Shown here: piece after piece, positions 16,634 through 24,954 of the stretch
Position numbering within the stretch: the stretch's first letter is position 1
Layout: the number at the start of each line of letters is the position of its first letter
Source: a virus
Lineage: Duplodnaviria > Heunggongvirae > Uroviricota > Caudoviricetes
IMG/VR virus record: IMGVR_UViG_2778261464_000013
DNA: 24,954 bases
Direction: 5' to 3' (one strand)
Notes under the pieces: generated by a model
Databases searched by the model: none
Told to the model about the DNA's origin: nothing
What the model saw: only the letters and a program-made list of their open reading frames with translations
Program-made: the position numbers and the translations under genes

Positions 16634-16725
16634 TATAATAATCTTACTGATGTAAAACGTTTTTTTACGTTCATCAGCCTGATATGCCTAGTATTATTAA
16701 GAGCACGAATTGTTAACCCGCGTAA

Positions 16726-19140
16726 TTAATACAGGTTCCGCCACTTATCATCTTCCTTCAGACGCTGGTTCCGATAGAAGATACGCAGGCCTGCTCCTGA
16801 CGGAATACTGCCACCGCGAAGGAGTAAATCGACCTCTTTCTCGCTGCCATCAAATCCTCTGGACTTCAGTTCATAGACGAGCTGCTGTCGTTGATGGTCT
16901 GTAATTCGCTGTTTGTAGTCTCTACGCCGTTTCGGTTTCACCAGGCGTAACCTTACAGCCAGTTCCCGGCGCTCTTTTTTGTTCATACTGTGCAGAAAAT
17001 CGTGCAACTCCTTGTCATCCATGCGGGTAATATCCGTTCTGGTGTCCCCATCAGCTGATTTATCTTTCTCCTGTTGGTTCAAATTTTCAGCAAGGGGACA
17101 GTTATTGCCACGAGTCCAAGGGGCGCAAGCGCCCTGGTCGGCTGCCGCCTCCTGAACGTCAACGGCCTTACGAACCATTTTCCACTTCACTGCATGAGTG
17201 CAGATCTTGCCCTCTGCAATGGGTGACCAGATGCCATAAATACGAATGCCGTGATCGCCATAGGCGGTCGGCTCTTCGTTAATTTCATAAGCAGTTCTGA
17301 TGAGGTGATATTTGCGGGGAACCAGTACGCCACCCTGCTTCATGATGTAAGTGGCAAAACAACCAGCATCAGCAGCAGCCAGGATGGCATCAAGGCGCGG
17401 GTTATCCAGTACCGGCGCACCTGCTTTTTTGTCGCCCTGTTGCCTTGCCGCCTGACCAGCCAGCAATCGCAGTTCACGGTAAGCCTGACGCCCCGGAATA
17501 CCAAAGAAGCGGAATTGCTGAACACGATGCAGAGACGCCCAGGCATTAACGTATTCAGCGTTATCACGCAGGGATTTACCCGTTTCCTTGCTGATCTCGC
17601 CAGCCAGACCACGCCCGTCAATGTTCTTACTAATGTATTTCGCGATGTAGCTTGTCGGTGTTCCTTTGCGCGGGTTTATCAGCTCAGATTTAAAGCGTGG
17701 ACCAGTGTTATTACCCAGTTCCTCGCGGTCTTCACGGATGGCAAACTTACACAACAATGCAGTAATGGCACGGCGGTCTTTTTTGCGCATGAAACACAAC
17801 AGGTGCCAGTGAACCGTACCGTCATGATGCGGCTCAGCCACCCGCACGCCATACCAGCGCAACCCGGCTTTGTGCATCGCCTTACGAAATGCAGCAAACA
17901 TGCCGACCAGATAATCGCTGCTTTGTCTTACCGTCGCATTTGTCCAGGTTGGGTTTGGTCTGCCGTTATTGAGCGTGGAATGGAAACGTGACGGACAGGT
18001 GATGGTGTAGAAAACGGCGCAGTCACCGCGCATTTCCGCGATAAGCTCCAGACCTTTAACACAGGCCATCATCTCATTGCGGCGATGTGCAGGGTTGCTG
18101 CTGCTGGCGTTTACCACGTCTTCCATATCCAGCGTGTCGCCGTCTTCGTTCACCAGTTCATGAGAACGAAAAAACTCCAGCGACTTACGGCGCTGCTCAC
18201 GTTTATGCATCACGGCTTCATAGCTGACATAGGGAGATGCTTTTTTGCTGACCAGGCAGACAGCGCGCAACTGCTCTTCCCGCCATTCGCAACGCATATT
18301 CCATAATTTCCGGTACCACCAGTCGGCGCACAACATACGCGCCAGCGAACCCGGAATGAGTTCATAGGGCACGGGTTTACGGCGGTTTCTTTTCCGGCGG
18401 AGTTGCTCAAACGCAGGTGGGATGACATCCAGTCGCAGGGTTTCTGCTGCCACCCTTTCCCATGTCTTGCGGATTTCTTCTGGCTTAACGTCATCGGTGG
18501 CATACAAATCGCCACAAGCTGCATCAAGGCACATGCTCATATGCGCAGCTACCAGGGTGGACAGGCGTTTCACCTGATCCTGACTCATTTCAGGCAGGAT
18601 CAGCAGGCCGTCCAGCCCTTCATGGCTCGCCATAAAGCGAAAAGAAGTGGATAGCTGACTGTCGCGTACATGCTCCAGCCGTTCCAGACATGGCTTAATC
18701 GTCTCACGCAAATAGCGGGAATAAGCCTTTGGCCTGCCCAGGCTGCTGAAGTATTCAATACGTTGCATCAGCGGCTTGCTGATATGGGAAGGCTGGGCGT
18801 TGACGTCAGCCAGAATGACCATGTCTGGATTAAAACGCTGCTGCTCATGCGCCAGCTTTGCCCGGCTAATGAGCTTATCCTGCTCCATTTCGCGCTGGAC
18901 AGGATCACGGGATTCATTAAAGAAATAACGCTCCCAGACCTGCTCACTCAGTGCCTCGCGGCGCAGTTGTTCCTGCTCGTTATCGGCAGCATACAGAGTG
19001 ATCAGGTTTGAAAGTGCAGACTCCGGCGCAACTTCCGCCGGGTCCAGATAAGGGTTAATGGCCTTTTTCGGGCCGTTCCATGAAAATGATGCGGCGGCCT
19101 CGTTAAAGCCGCTAGAGTTGCTCATATCGTCATGACTCAT
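16726..19140 (-). CDS. A: Replication initiation protein gpA (rolling-circle replication initiator/nickase)
   Basis: 804-aa ORF, the largest early gene, immediately downstream of the Dam gene with an ATGA overlap. Position and size are consistent with the P2/186 A gene. Confidence 0.8.
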   Translation of the reverse strand: MSHDDMSNSSGFNEAAASFSWNGPKKAINPYLDPAEVAPESALSNLITLYAADNEQEQLRREALSEQVWERYFFNESRDPVQREMEQDKLISRAKLAHEQQRFNPDMVILADVNAQPSHISKPLMQRIEYFSSLGRPKAYSRYLRETIKPCLERLEHVRDSQLSTSFRFMASHEGLDGLLILPEMSQDQVKRLSTLVAAHMSMCLDAACGDLYATDDVKPEEIRKTWERVAAETLRLDVIPPAFEQLRRKRNRRKPVPYELIPGSLARMLCADWWYRKLWNMRCEWREEQLRAVCLVSKKASPYVSYEAVMHKREQRRKSLEFFRSHELVNEDGDTLDMEDVVNASSSNPAHRRNEMMACVKGLELIAEMRGDCAVFYTITCPSRFHSTLNNGRPNPTWTNATVRQSSDYLVGMFAAFRKAMHKAGLRWYGVRVAEPHHDGTVHWHLLCFMRKKDRRAITALLCKFAIREDREELGNNTGPRFKSELINPRKGTPTSYIAKYISKNIDGRGLAGEISKETGKSLRDNAEYVNAWASLHRVQQFRFFGIPGRQAYRELRLLAGQAARQQGDKKAGAPVLDNPRLDAILAAADAGCFATYIMKQGGVLVPRKYHLIRTAYEINEEPTAYGDHGIRIYGIWSPIAEGKICTHAVKWKMVRKAVDVQEAAADQGACAPWTRGNNCPLAENLNQQEKDKSADGDTRTDITRMDDKELHDFLHSMNKKERRELAVRLRLVKPKRRRDYKQRITDHQRQQLVYELKSRGFDGSEKEVDLLLRGGSIPSGAGLRIFYRNQRLKEDDKWRNLY

Positions 19141-19994
19141 ACACGCACCTCGTTCACAGCAGAACTATCTACGCCACGCGAAGGATCAAATCCCACCCAG
19201 CAGCGCGCCCCGGAAACAGCAATGATTTCTGTTGCAGATTTACTCTCGCCAGCCGACACGCCGATGCTGCGTTTTGCCTTGATGTAGTGGTGAGTAAAAT
19301 TGCGATACAGCGAACGGATCAGGGATGTATCACTGTTAGAAACAATGACCGGATGTCCTTCTGATGACCGATGTTCAAGAACGGATGCCAGGTGATACTG
19401 GTCATCCTCAGTGAAGCCATCAGTGTGATAGCCGGAAAACGTACCGTAATAAGGCGGATCGCAATACACCACATCCCCCGCCTTCAACATCGCCAGCGTT
19501 TCATCAAAGCTGGCGCAGATAAACGTTGCTCGCTGGGCTTTTTCTGCAAATTTGCGAATTTCTTTTTCAGGGAAATACGGATTTTTATAATTCCCATAGG
19601 GAATGTTGAAATGCCCGCTCTTGTTATAGCGACATAAACCACGGTAACCGTGACGATTGAGATACAGGAAATATACCGCTTTCATGAAATCAGTAATTTC
19701 AGTTGAGTAATTAAACTCCTGCCTTATGTTGTAATAAGCCACCTCCCTGTTTGCTTCCTCAAATAAAGCTCTGGCGCGAGATATAAACGATTCACAATCA
19801 GCGGCAACCTTTTTATAGAGGTTGATTAAATCAGGATTAATATCCGCAACCAGATAACTGGGATAATCCGTCTCCATCATCACAGCACAGGAACCCGCGA
19901 AAGGTTCAACCAGTCGCGGGCCAGCAGGAAGATGTTTTTTCAGTTCTGACATTATGGCAGTTTTATTTCCCGCCCATTTCAGGATGGTGCTCAT
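19137..19994 (-). CDS. dam: DNA adenine methyltransferase (Dam-like N6-adenine MTase)
   Basis: Start placed at ATG 19994..19992 ([11 protein letters not shown]...), preceded by GGAGGTG. SAM-binding FAGSCAV motif and catalytic DPPY motif. The track ORF has a 20-codon upstream extension. Confidence 0.85.
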   Translation of the reverse strand: MSTILKWAGNKTAIMSELKKHLPAGPRLVEPFAGSCAVMMETDYPSYLVADINPDLINLYKKVAADCESFISRARALFEEANREVAYYNIRQEFNYSTEITDFMKAVYFLYLNRHGYRGLCRYNKSGHFNIPYGNYKNPYFPEKEIRKFAEKAQRATFICASFDETLAMLKAGDVVYCDPPYYGTFSGYHTDGFTEDDQYHLASVLEHRSSEGHPVIVSNSDTSLIRSLYRNFTHHYIKAKRSIGVSAGESKSATEIIAVSGARCWVGFDPSRGVDSSAVNEVRV

Positions 19995-20218
19995 ACAGCA
20001 CCTCCGTTGTAATGTTTGCCTTTCAGCTCTGCGATTTCCTGACAGGTAATGCAAAGCTGCACACCCGGAATGGCACGGCGGCGTGCTGGCGGAATTGGCG
20101 CTTCACACTCAATGCAAAGCACGCGGGACACGCCCGGCGTTTTGGCACGGGCAGCATGGATATGACGCTGGCGTTCTTCTTCAACGCGCTGCTGTACGAG
20201 ATCCATTGCATCAGCCAT
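19991..20218 (-). CDS. TraR/DksA-family C4 zinc-finger protein
   Basis: 75 aa with CIEC...(17)...CITC, i.e. Cys-x2-Cys ... Cys-x2-Cys. Overlaps neighbouring genes by 1 to 4 nt, operon-style. Confidence 0.65.
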   Translation of the reverse strand: MADAMDLVQQRVEEERQRHIHAARAKTPGVSRVLCIECEAPIPPARRRAIPGVQLCITCQEIAELKGKHYNGGAV

Positions 20219-20451
20219 TAGTGGATCTCCTGCGCTTCGTTCTGGATTGCTTCAGCAGTCACACGAAGCAGTTCTGCCGCTTCGACGTGGTTTAGCTGGC
20301 GGGATGTGATATGACACGCCAGGCTATCAAGGCGAGCTGCCATTGCTTCAGCCCTTGCCCGGCGTTCTTCCAGACGAGCCTCTGTCAGTAAAATATTAAG
20401 CCCTGCGTCATCCGGTCCGGTTTTGGTCGTGAGGGTTTCAATATTACGCAT
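20218..20451 (-). CDS. Hypothetical early-operon protein
   Basis: ATG at 20451..20449, preceded by GGAGA. The track begins 2 codons earlier at a TTG. Confidence 0.45.
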   Translation of the reverse strand: MRNIETLTTKTGPDDAGLNILLTEARLEERRARAEAMAARLDSLACHITSRQLNHVEAAELLRVTAEAIQNEAQEIH

Positions 20452-20518
20452 AATCAATTCTCCTGAATTTAGATAAAGGGATACCCGGCGGGTTTACGCC
20501 ATTAATTTCATTAGTTGG

Positions 20519-20860
20519 TTAATTCGGCATGGTTAGCCGTCTGGGAAATAAGCTCACCACTGCACGAAAATGATTCATTGCTTTAATCAACTCCCGCTTT
20601 TCGTCAGTGGTCAGCTCATTAATGCTGATGCTATGACATTCAGCTGGAATTTTTGCCATAAAGAATATGGCAGCCAGTGCCCGTTTATTTTGTTCATTAT
20701 TGATATCCCGTGGATCACGCATATCTTTAATAAACCGCTCAAGTTCTGACTCAATATTCAGGCCAAATACTTTCGCCCTTAATTCCGCAATGTGATTAAG
20801 TCCATTCAGGCGTTCACCGGGGCTTAATGGAACAGTCGCCGCAGCGCCTTCAATAGCCAT
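20519..20860 (-). CDS. Hypothetical early-operon protein
   Basis: 113-aa ORF with an ATG start and a GGGGG stretch upstream. Overlaps the upstream gene by 37 nt. Confidence 0.4.
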   Translation of the reverse strand: MAIEGAAATVPLSPGERLNGLNHIAELRAKVFGLNIESELERFIKDMRDPRDINNEQNKRALAAIFFMAKIPAECHSISINELTTDEKRELIKAMNHFRAVVSLFPRRLTMPN

Positions 20861-21024
20861 TTGTTCCCCCGTTTATTCGTAGATAGTTCTGCCAGCAATT
20901 CATCTTGTGAACGGCACGGATGCCAGCGTTTACCATCCTCCCCCATGATCCAGCCGTGACCGTAGTGCATTGCCGGGCTTTGTTTTACCAGCAGCGATGC
21001 AAATGATGGTTCTTTCGTCAGCAT
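20824..21024 (-). CDS. Hypothetical small early protein (positional analogue of 186 fil/dhr-type genes)
   Basis: ATG at 21024..21022, preceded by GAGGTG. The track ORF extends to 21054 and would overlap the cII-like gene. Confidence 0.4.
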   Translation of the reverse strand: MLTKEPSFASLLVKQSPAMHYGHGWIMGEDGKRWHPCRSQDELLAELSTNKRGNKWLLKALRRLFH

Positions 21025-21031
21025 AAGCACC

Positions 21032-21541
21032 TCACAGCAAACCGAATGAAGCACCGAGGCCAGTCACGGTATCAACTGCACTCGCCATCGCAGGATTAGC
21101 CTGTAAACGGGCCTGCAATGAAACAGCGGCCAGCGCCATCAGTCGTGTTACAGAGTTAATGCTGCTGATAGCATCACGACGACCGGCACTGGTTTTTACA
21201 TCGCCAGAAACCGCACCTGCCGCGACACGCCCAATTTCAGCAGTTGCACTCATGACGTAATGCGGCAGTTTCTCTTTTGCCACCTCATTAATCGGTACGC
21301 ATGGCAGGCAGTGAATCTGAGCCAGAAAACCATCTACCAGCGTTGAATCTTCAGTCAGATCGGTAAGCAGCCAGATTTCTGGTGCGGTTAATAAATGAGG
21401 TTGAGCTGGGTTCAGCTTGTTCCGCAGAATCTGTACATTCATGCCTGCACGTTCTGCCAGTTGCACCAGGTTGTGGCGCAGTGCGAATGCACGACAGGCT
21501 TCATCAAAATGTGGATGTTTGGAAACTTGGTAATCAAACAT
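21032..21541 (-). CDS. cII: CII-like lysogeny-establishment regulator (186 CII-like)
   Basis: 169 aa from ATG 21541 ([20 protein letters not shown]...). Second gene of the operon diverging from the repressor gene. The family call relies on recalled similarity to 186 CII. Confidence 0.6.
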   Translation of the reverse strand: MFDYQVSKHPHFDEACRAFALRHNLVQLAERAGMNVQILRNKLNPAQPHLLTAPEIWLLTDLTEDSTLVDGFLAQIHCLPCVPINEVAKEKLPHYVMSATAEIGRVAAGAVSGDVKTSAGRRDAISSINSVTRLMALAAVSLQARLQANPAMASAVDTVTGLGASFGLL

Positions 21542-21573
21542 GGTCGACATCCCTGATATACCCCAAAATGGAA

Positions 21574-21795
21574 CTAGTTGAATACAACATTGCAATCAGT
21601 AAGTGCATCAACGGTAAGAGCAGCAAGGTTGATCATTACCTTTTCTCTTTTCTTGTCCTTCCGGAGACGATGCCGAGGGATGCGGCCATCAGCCAGCATA
21701 TCGTTGATTGTGTCGATTGAAAGACCAGTAAGTTCGCTATAACGCTCAATTGTGACATGTGGCGTATTCAGAGTTATTGAAATGTTAGGGGTCAT
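21574..21795 (-). CDS. apl: Apl/Cox-like small DNA-binding lytic-switch/excision regulator
   Basis: 73 aa from ATG 21795..21793 ([32 protein letters not shown]...), with AAGGAG upstream. First gene diverging from cI. Confidence 0.6.
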   Translation of the reverse strand: MTPNISITLNTPHVTIERYSELTGLSIDTINDMLADGRIPRHRLRKDKKREKVMINLAALTVDALTDCNVVFN

Positions 21796-21838
21796 GATGC
21801 AACATCTCCTTTTAGCTTGTGGTGAGCTGGTTTTAATC

Positions 21839-21854
21839 GTGATAACAACATCAC
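21839..21854. promoter_or_regulatory. Inverted repeat GTGAT-aacaac-ATCAC in the cI/apl intergenic region; candidate operator
   Basis: Perfect 5-bp arms, flanked by a further imperfect gtttt...aaaac symmetry. It sits between the divergent repressor and apl starts. Confidence 0.4.
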
Positions 21855-21883
21855 AAAACGGAGAATAGGTTCGCATAAAGAAT

Positions 21884-22828
21884 ATGTCAACTCAAAAATT
21901 CACATTTCGCCATATTGATGACGATATGAAAGCCGTTGTCATACAAAATCGCGGTGGTCAGAAAGTAATCGAGCGGATACTCATGGCTTATGGCTTCAAG
22001 TCACGCCAAGCATTCTGTAACCATCTAGGTATTTCCCAAAGCACGATGGCTAACAGATATGCCCGCGATACATTTCCTGCAGATTGGGTTGTTATCTGCT
22101 CAATGGAAACTGGAGCATCAATTAAATGGCTAGCATTTGGTTCAGATGATGACGAACAAATGCCATCCCCTTCACCAGAACAGCATGTTGAAACACACTC
22201 CGAAGATGGTTCTTATCATGACGTTCACTATAAACAACCAAAGTTCGATAATGAAAACACCATTGATTATTCTCGGGGTGGCAAGGAAGCAATAGAGCGA
22301 ATTGTTAGGGCTTACGGTTATAAGACTCGCCAAGCCTTAGCTGATCACTTAGGTATTTCAAAAAGCACATTAGCCACAAGATATATGCGTGATGTTTTTC
22401 CTTCAGACTGGATAATTAAGTGCGCTCTCGAAACGGGTACTTCACTAATGTGGCTAACTACTGGTAAAGGCCCAAAGTTTGACGATGCAAGAAATGATGT
22501 AATTGCTATTACTCACAAAAAAATTACTGACGGGAATCTATTTGATTCAAATTTCTATATGCTTGATAAAGCATTACTACCAGACTCAATCCAATTACCA
22601 TTGATTGTTAGCACCGAAAAAAAAACATACCTATGTAATCAATCATTCGATGAAATTACAGATGGTAAATGGATTGTTGAAATAGAAGGGAAAGTGAGCA
22701 TTCGAACCCTAACTAGAATTCCTGTAGGAAGATTAAAAATTTCAGACAATGATTTATCATTTGAATGTAAAATTTCAGATATTGATGTTATTGCAAAATG
22801 CAAATTTATTCTGATAGAAGAATTATAA
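21884..22828 (+). CDS. cI: CI-type immunity repressor with a tandemly duplicated N-terminal DNA-binding domain
   Basis: 314 aa. Residues about 24-86 and about 132-194 are about 60% identical to each other (...IERI..AYG.K.RQA...HLGIS.ST.A.RY.RD.FP.DW...C..ETG.S..WL..G). A C-terminal domain follows. Confidence 0.7.
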   Translation: MSTQKFTFRHIDDDMKAVVIQNRGGQKVIERILMAYGFKSRQAFCNHLGISQSTMANRYARDTFPADWVVICSMETGASIKWLAFGSDDDEQMPSPSPEQHVETHSEDGSYHDVHYKQPKFDNENTIDYSRGGKEAIERIVRAYGYKTRQALADHLGISKSTLATRYMRDVFPSDWIIKCALETGTSLMWLTTGKGPKFDDARNDVIAITHKKITDGNLFDSNFYMLDKALLPDSIQLPLIVSTEKKTYLCNQSFDEITDGKWIVEIEGKVSIRTLTRIPVGRLKISDNDLSFECKISDIDVIAKCKFILIEEL

Positions 22829-22942
22829 AAGGATATTGGAATGAGTGGTTCTGATTATAAAAGTAATAGTTAAAAATATACGTCTAGAAGTATTAAATTA
22901 GGAGAATTAAAATCACATTTATCTAATGACACCTATAATACT

Positions 22943-23818
22943 TTGAAAAACCTATTGGATTCTCTAGAGTTTGATGAATTCGATATACTGCTTGATGCTT
23001 ACAGTCGAAATTTTTCTAAAAAAAAATATATGTATGAGCCCTTCATGCCTGACCATACATCATTGCAAAACAGTGAAGCAGATAAGTACCTTTTAAAAAT
23101 TGATGAGTTAGAACATAAACTACGCGAGTTTCAAAAAAGCCATAATTCGCAGTTAGACCAATTCAACAAGTTGCAGATAGAGTTATTAACTGCAATGGAC
23201 AGTAAAGAAAAACTAGCATCACAGCTAAAACTCCAACACGCCCAAAACAAAGAGTTAAAGCTTCAAAACCAAAAACTTTCAAGCAAAATTCAACAAAATA
23301 AAATTGACGAAAAAGTTCCTGAATATGTGCAGGGTGTCAAAGCAAAATTACATCAGGACGATAAAGATTTCACTGCAATGTCTTACAATTGGGCGATAGC
23401 CGGAATACTTTTATCATTATTATCTATAAGTGCCGCCTTTTTAACATTTTTCTATAAAATAGATATAAAAGACGCCACCCCCATTGAACTTTTTTATTAT
23501 TTCACTAGGGGCTTGCTTGGGGTTGCATTACTTTCTTGGCTTTCTTATTTTTGTTTAAACAATTCAAAAAAATACACACATGAAGCAATCATAAGAAAAG
23601 ACAGACAACACGCTCTAATGTTTGGTGAGGTCTTCTTACAAATTTATGGTTCAACTGCGACAAAACAAGATGCTATTGATGTGTTTAAAGATTGGAACAT
23701 GTCAGCTAATTCTGCATTCGCAGATAAAACGCAGCCACCTCCAAATTTATTTAACATTCTAGGCACACTTGCAGATAAAAAATCAGCAGCAAATGATGAC
23801 ATTGTTACCCAAAAGTGA
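22943..23818 (+). CDS. Hypothetical coiled-coil membrane protein (2 predicted TM helices) between cI and int; candidate superinfection-exclusion/defence protein
   Basis: 291-aa ORF, about 28% GC by hand count on 50 nt. The track start is a TTG with no obvious Shine-Dalgarno; the first in-frame ATG is at 23030, so the true start is uncertain. N-terminal Q/K/L-rich heptad-like region, then hydrophobic segments AIAGILLSLLSISAAFLTFF and LLGVALLSWLSYFCL. Confidence 0.5.
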   Translation: MKNLLDSLEFDEFDILLDAYSRNFSKKKYMYEPFMPDHTSLQNSEADKYLLKIDELEHKLREFQKSHNSQLDQFNKLQIELLTAMDSKEKLASQLKLQHAQNKELKLQNQKLSSKIQQNKIDEKVPEYVQGVKAKLHQDDKDFTAMSYNWAIAGILLSLLSISAAFLTFFYKIDIKDATPIELFYYFTRGLLGVALLSWLSYFCLNNSKKYTHEAIIRKDRQHALMFGEVFLQIYGSTATKQDAIDVFKDWNMSANSAFADKTQPPPNLFNILGTLADKKSAANDDIVTQK

Positions 23819-23898
23819 TGATGTATGACAACATGTATCTAATACATTGACACTGGTTATACATACAGTAAAAATGCTCTCCACTGGAGGGCATTTTT

Positions 23899-24954
23899 AT
23901 GGCAGTACGAAAACTCACCACAGGAAAATGGCTTTGCGAATGTTACCCCGCCGGACGTAGTGGGCGTCGTGTGCGTAAACAATTCGCCACCAAAGGCGAA
24001 GCACTGGCTTTTGAGCGTCACACGATGGAAGAAACCGAAGCAAAGCCCTGGCTGGGTGAATCAGTGGATCGTCGAACACTGAAAGACGTGGTTGAGCTAT
24101 GGTTCAAACTACATGGTAAATCTCTGACTGCTGGGCAGCATGTCTATGACAAATTGCTGTTGATGGTTGACGCTCTGGGCAATCCACTTGCAACCGATCT
24201 CACCTCTAAAATGTTTGCCCACTATCGAGATAAACGCCTTACTGGTGAAATCTACTTCAGTGAAAAATGGAAGAAAGGAGCAAGCCCAGTTACTGTTAAC
24301 CTGGAGCAAAGCCATCTAAGCAGCGTTTTCAGAGAACTTTCCCGCCTGGGTGAATGGACACTTCCAAACCCATTAGAGAAGATGCGCAAATTCACTATCG
24401 CAGAAAAGGAAATGGCATGGCTTACACATGAGCAGATTATCGAATTACTGTCTGACTGCAAACGTCAGAACCCAATTCTGGCACTGGTGGTAAAAATATG
24501 TCTAAGTACAGGCGCACGTTGGCGAGAAGCAATCAATCTTACCCGCTCACAGGTCACCAAGTACCGAATCACCTTTGTAAGAACGAAGGGGAAGAAAAAC
24601 AGAAGCATCCCTATCAGTAAAGAGCTTTATGAGGAGATAATGGCGCTCGATGGGTTCAATTTCTTCACAGACTGCTATTTTCAATTTTTATCCGTGATGG
24701 AAAAAACGTCTATCGTTCTCCCTCGCGGTCAACTGACACACGTTCTGCGCCATACGTTTGCGGCGCACTTCATGATGTCGGGTGGAAACATCTTGGCCTT
24801 ACAAAAAATTCTCGGACACCACGATATAAAAATGACTATGCGTTATGCGCATCTGGCACCGGATCATTTGGAAACGGCGCTCCGTTTCAATCCACTGGCA
24901 ACGTTACCAAATGGCGACAAAGTGGCGGCAGCGGTTGGCATTACCCCGCAATAA
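23899..24954 (+). CDS. int: Tyrosine recombinase (phage integrase, P2/186 Int family)
   Basis: 351 aa. C-terminal catalytic region with HVLRHTFA ... GHHDIKMTMRYAHL (His/Arg box and the tyrosine nucleophile). GGAGGG Shine-Dalgarno. Stop codon at 24952..24954. Confidence 0.9.
   Translation: MAVRKLTTGKWLCECYPAGRSGRRVRKQFATKGEALAFERHTMEETEAKPWLGESVDRRTLKDVVELWFKLHGKSLTAGQHVYDKLLLMVDALGNPLATDLTSKMFAHYRDKRLTGEIYFSEKWKKGASPVTVNLEQSHLSSVFRELSRLGEWTLPNPLEKMRKFTIAEKEMAWLTHEQIIELLSDCKRQNPILALVVKICLSTGARWREAINLTRSQVTKYRITFVRTKGKKNRSIPISKELYEEIMALDGFNFFTDCYFQFLSVMEKTSIVLPRGQLTHVLRHTFAAHFMMSGGNILALQKILGHHDIKMTMRYAHLAPDHLETALRFNPLATLPNGDKVAAAVGITPQ

Larger units (their letters stand above)
1..24954. mobile_element. 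P2/186-family temperate phage (prophage) segment: integration/lysogeny module, replication genes, cos-proximal cargo, terminase/portal, capsid, lysis, baseplate and tail-fibre genes
   Basis: Gene order and protein similarity across the window match the P2/186 arrangement (int, cI | apl cII ... A, cargo, Q P | O N M L X Y K lysB/C R S V W J I H G). The window ends exactly at the int stop codon, so the att site is not visible. Confidence 0.9.

Noticed and set aside
17251-17991. 246-aa plus-strand ORF inside the replication gene A
   Set aside because: Antisense to the gpA coding sequence, with no independent support.
22841-22873. Ten-codon ORF (MSGSDYKSNS) with an AAGGA Shine-Dalgarno between cI and the downstream moron
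   Set aside because: Too short to support from sequence alone. It may be a leader peptide or chance.
1-24954. CRISPR arrays, tRNA/rRNA genes, insertion sequences
   Set aside because: No direct-repeat/spacer periodicity, no tRNA-like cloverleaf candidates and no transposase-like ORFs or terminal inverted repeats were seen by eye. The att site and any flanking tRNA would lie beyond the int end of the window.

Overview
This window is almost entirely a P2/186-family temperate phage (prophage) segment, read mostly on the minus strand. Running from high to low coordinates it carries a tyrosine integrase (complete, ending at the window edge), a CI-type repressor facing an Apl/CII lytic operon, a replication operon (TraR-like zinc finger, Dam methylase, gpA-like initiator), a cargo interval between the replication gene and the portal gene, the packaging genes P and Q (plus strand), and the late block O N M L X, holin, SAR-endolysin, spanins, R, S, V W J I H and the start of G. 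The genes that look most like a previously undescribed system sit in AT-rich cargo DNA in the replication-gene/portal-gene interval, the classic variable locus of P2-like phages. They are: (i) a translationally coupled pair, a 66-aa protein plus a 260-aa N-terminally multi-pass membrane protein, with its own -10 element and intrinsic terminator; (ii) a 384-aa protein with an R-x4-H (HEPN-like) motif between a candidate cos site and the portal gene; and (iii) a LexA-box-controlled small ORF plus DinI-like ORF resembling a 186 tum-type SOS module. Two more AT-rich morons encode membrane proteins, one between S and V and one between cI and int. The CI repressor carries a tandem duplication of its N-terminal DNA-binding domain. 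All calls come from reading the sequence and ORF translations; no database search or computation was run, GC contrasts are hand counts on short stretches, and family assignments rest on recalled motifs and gene order.
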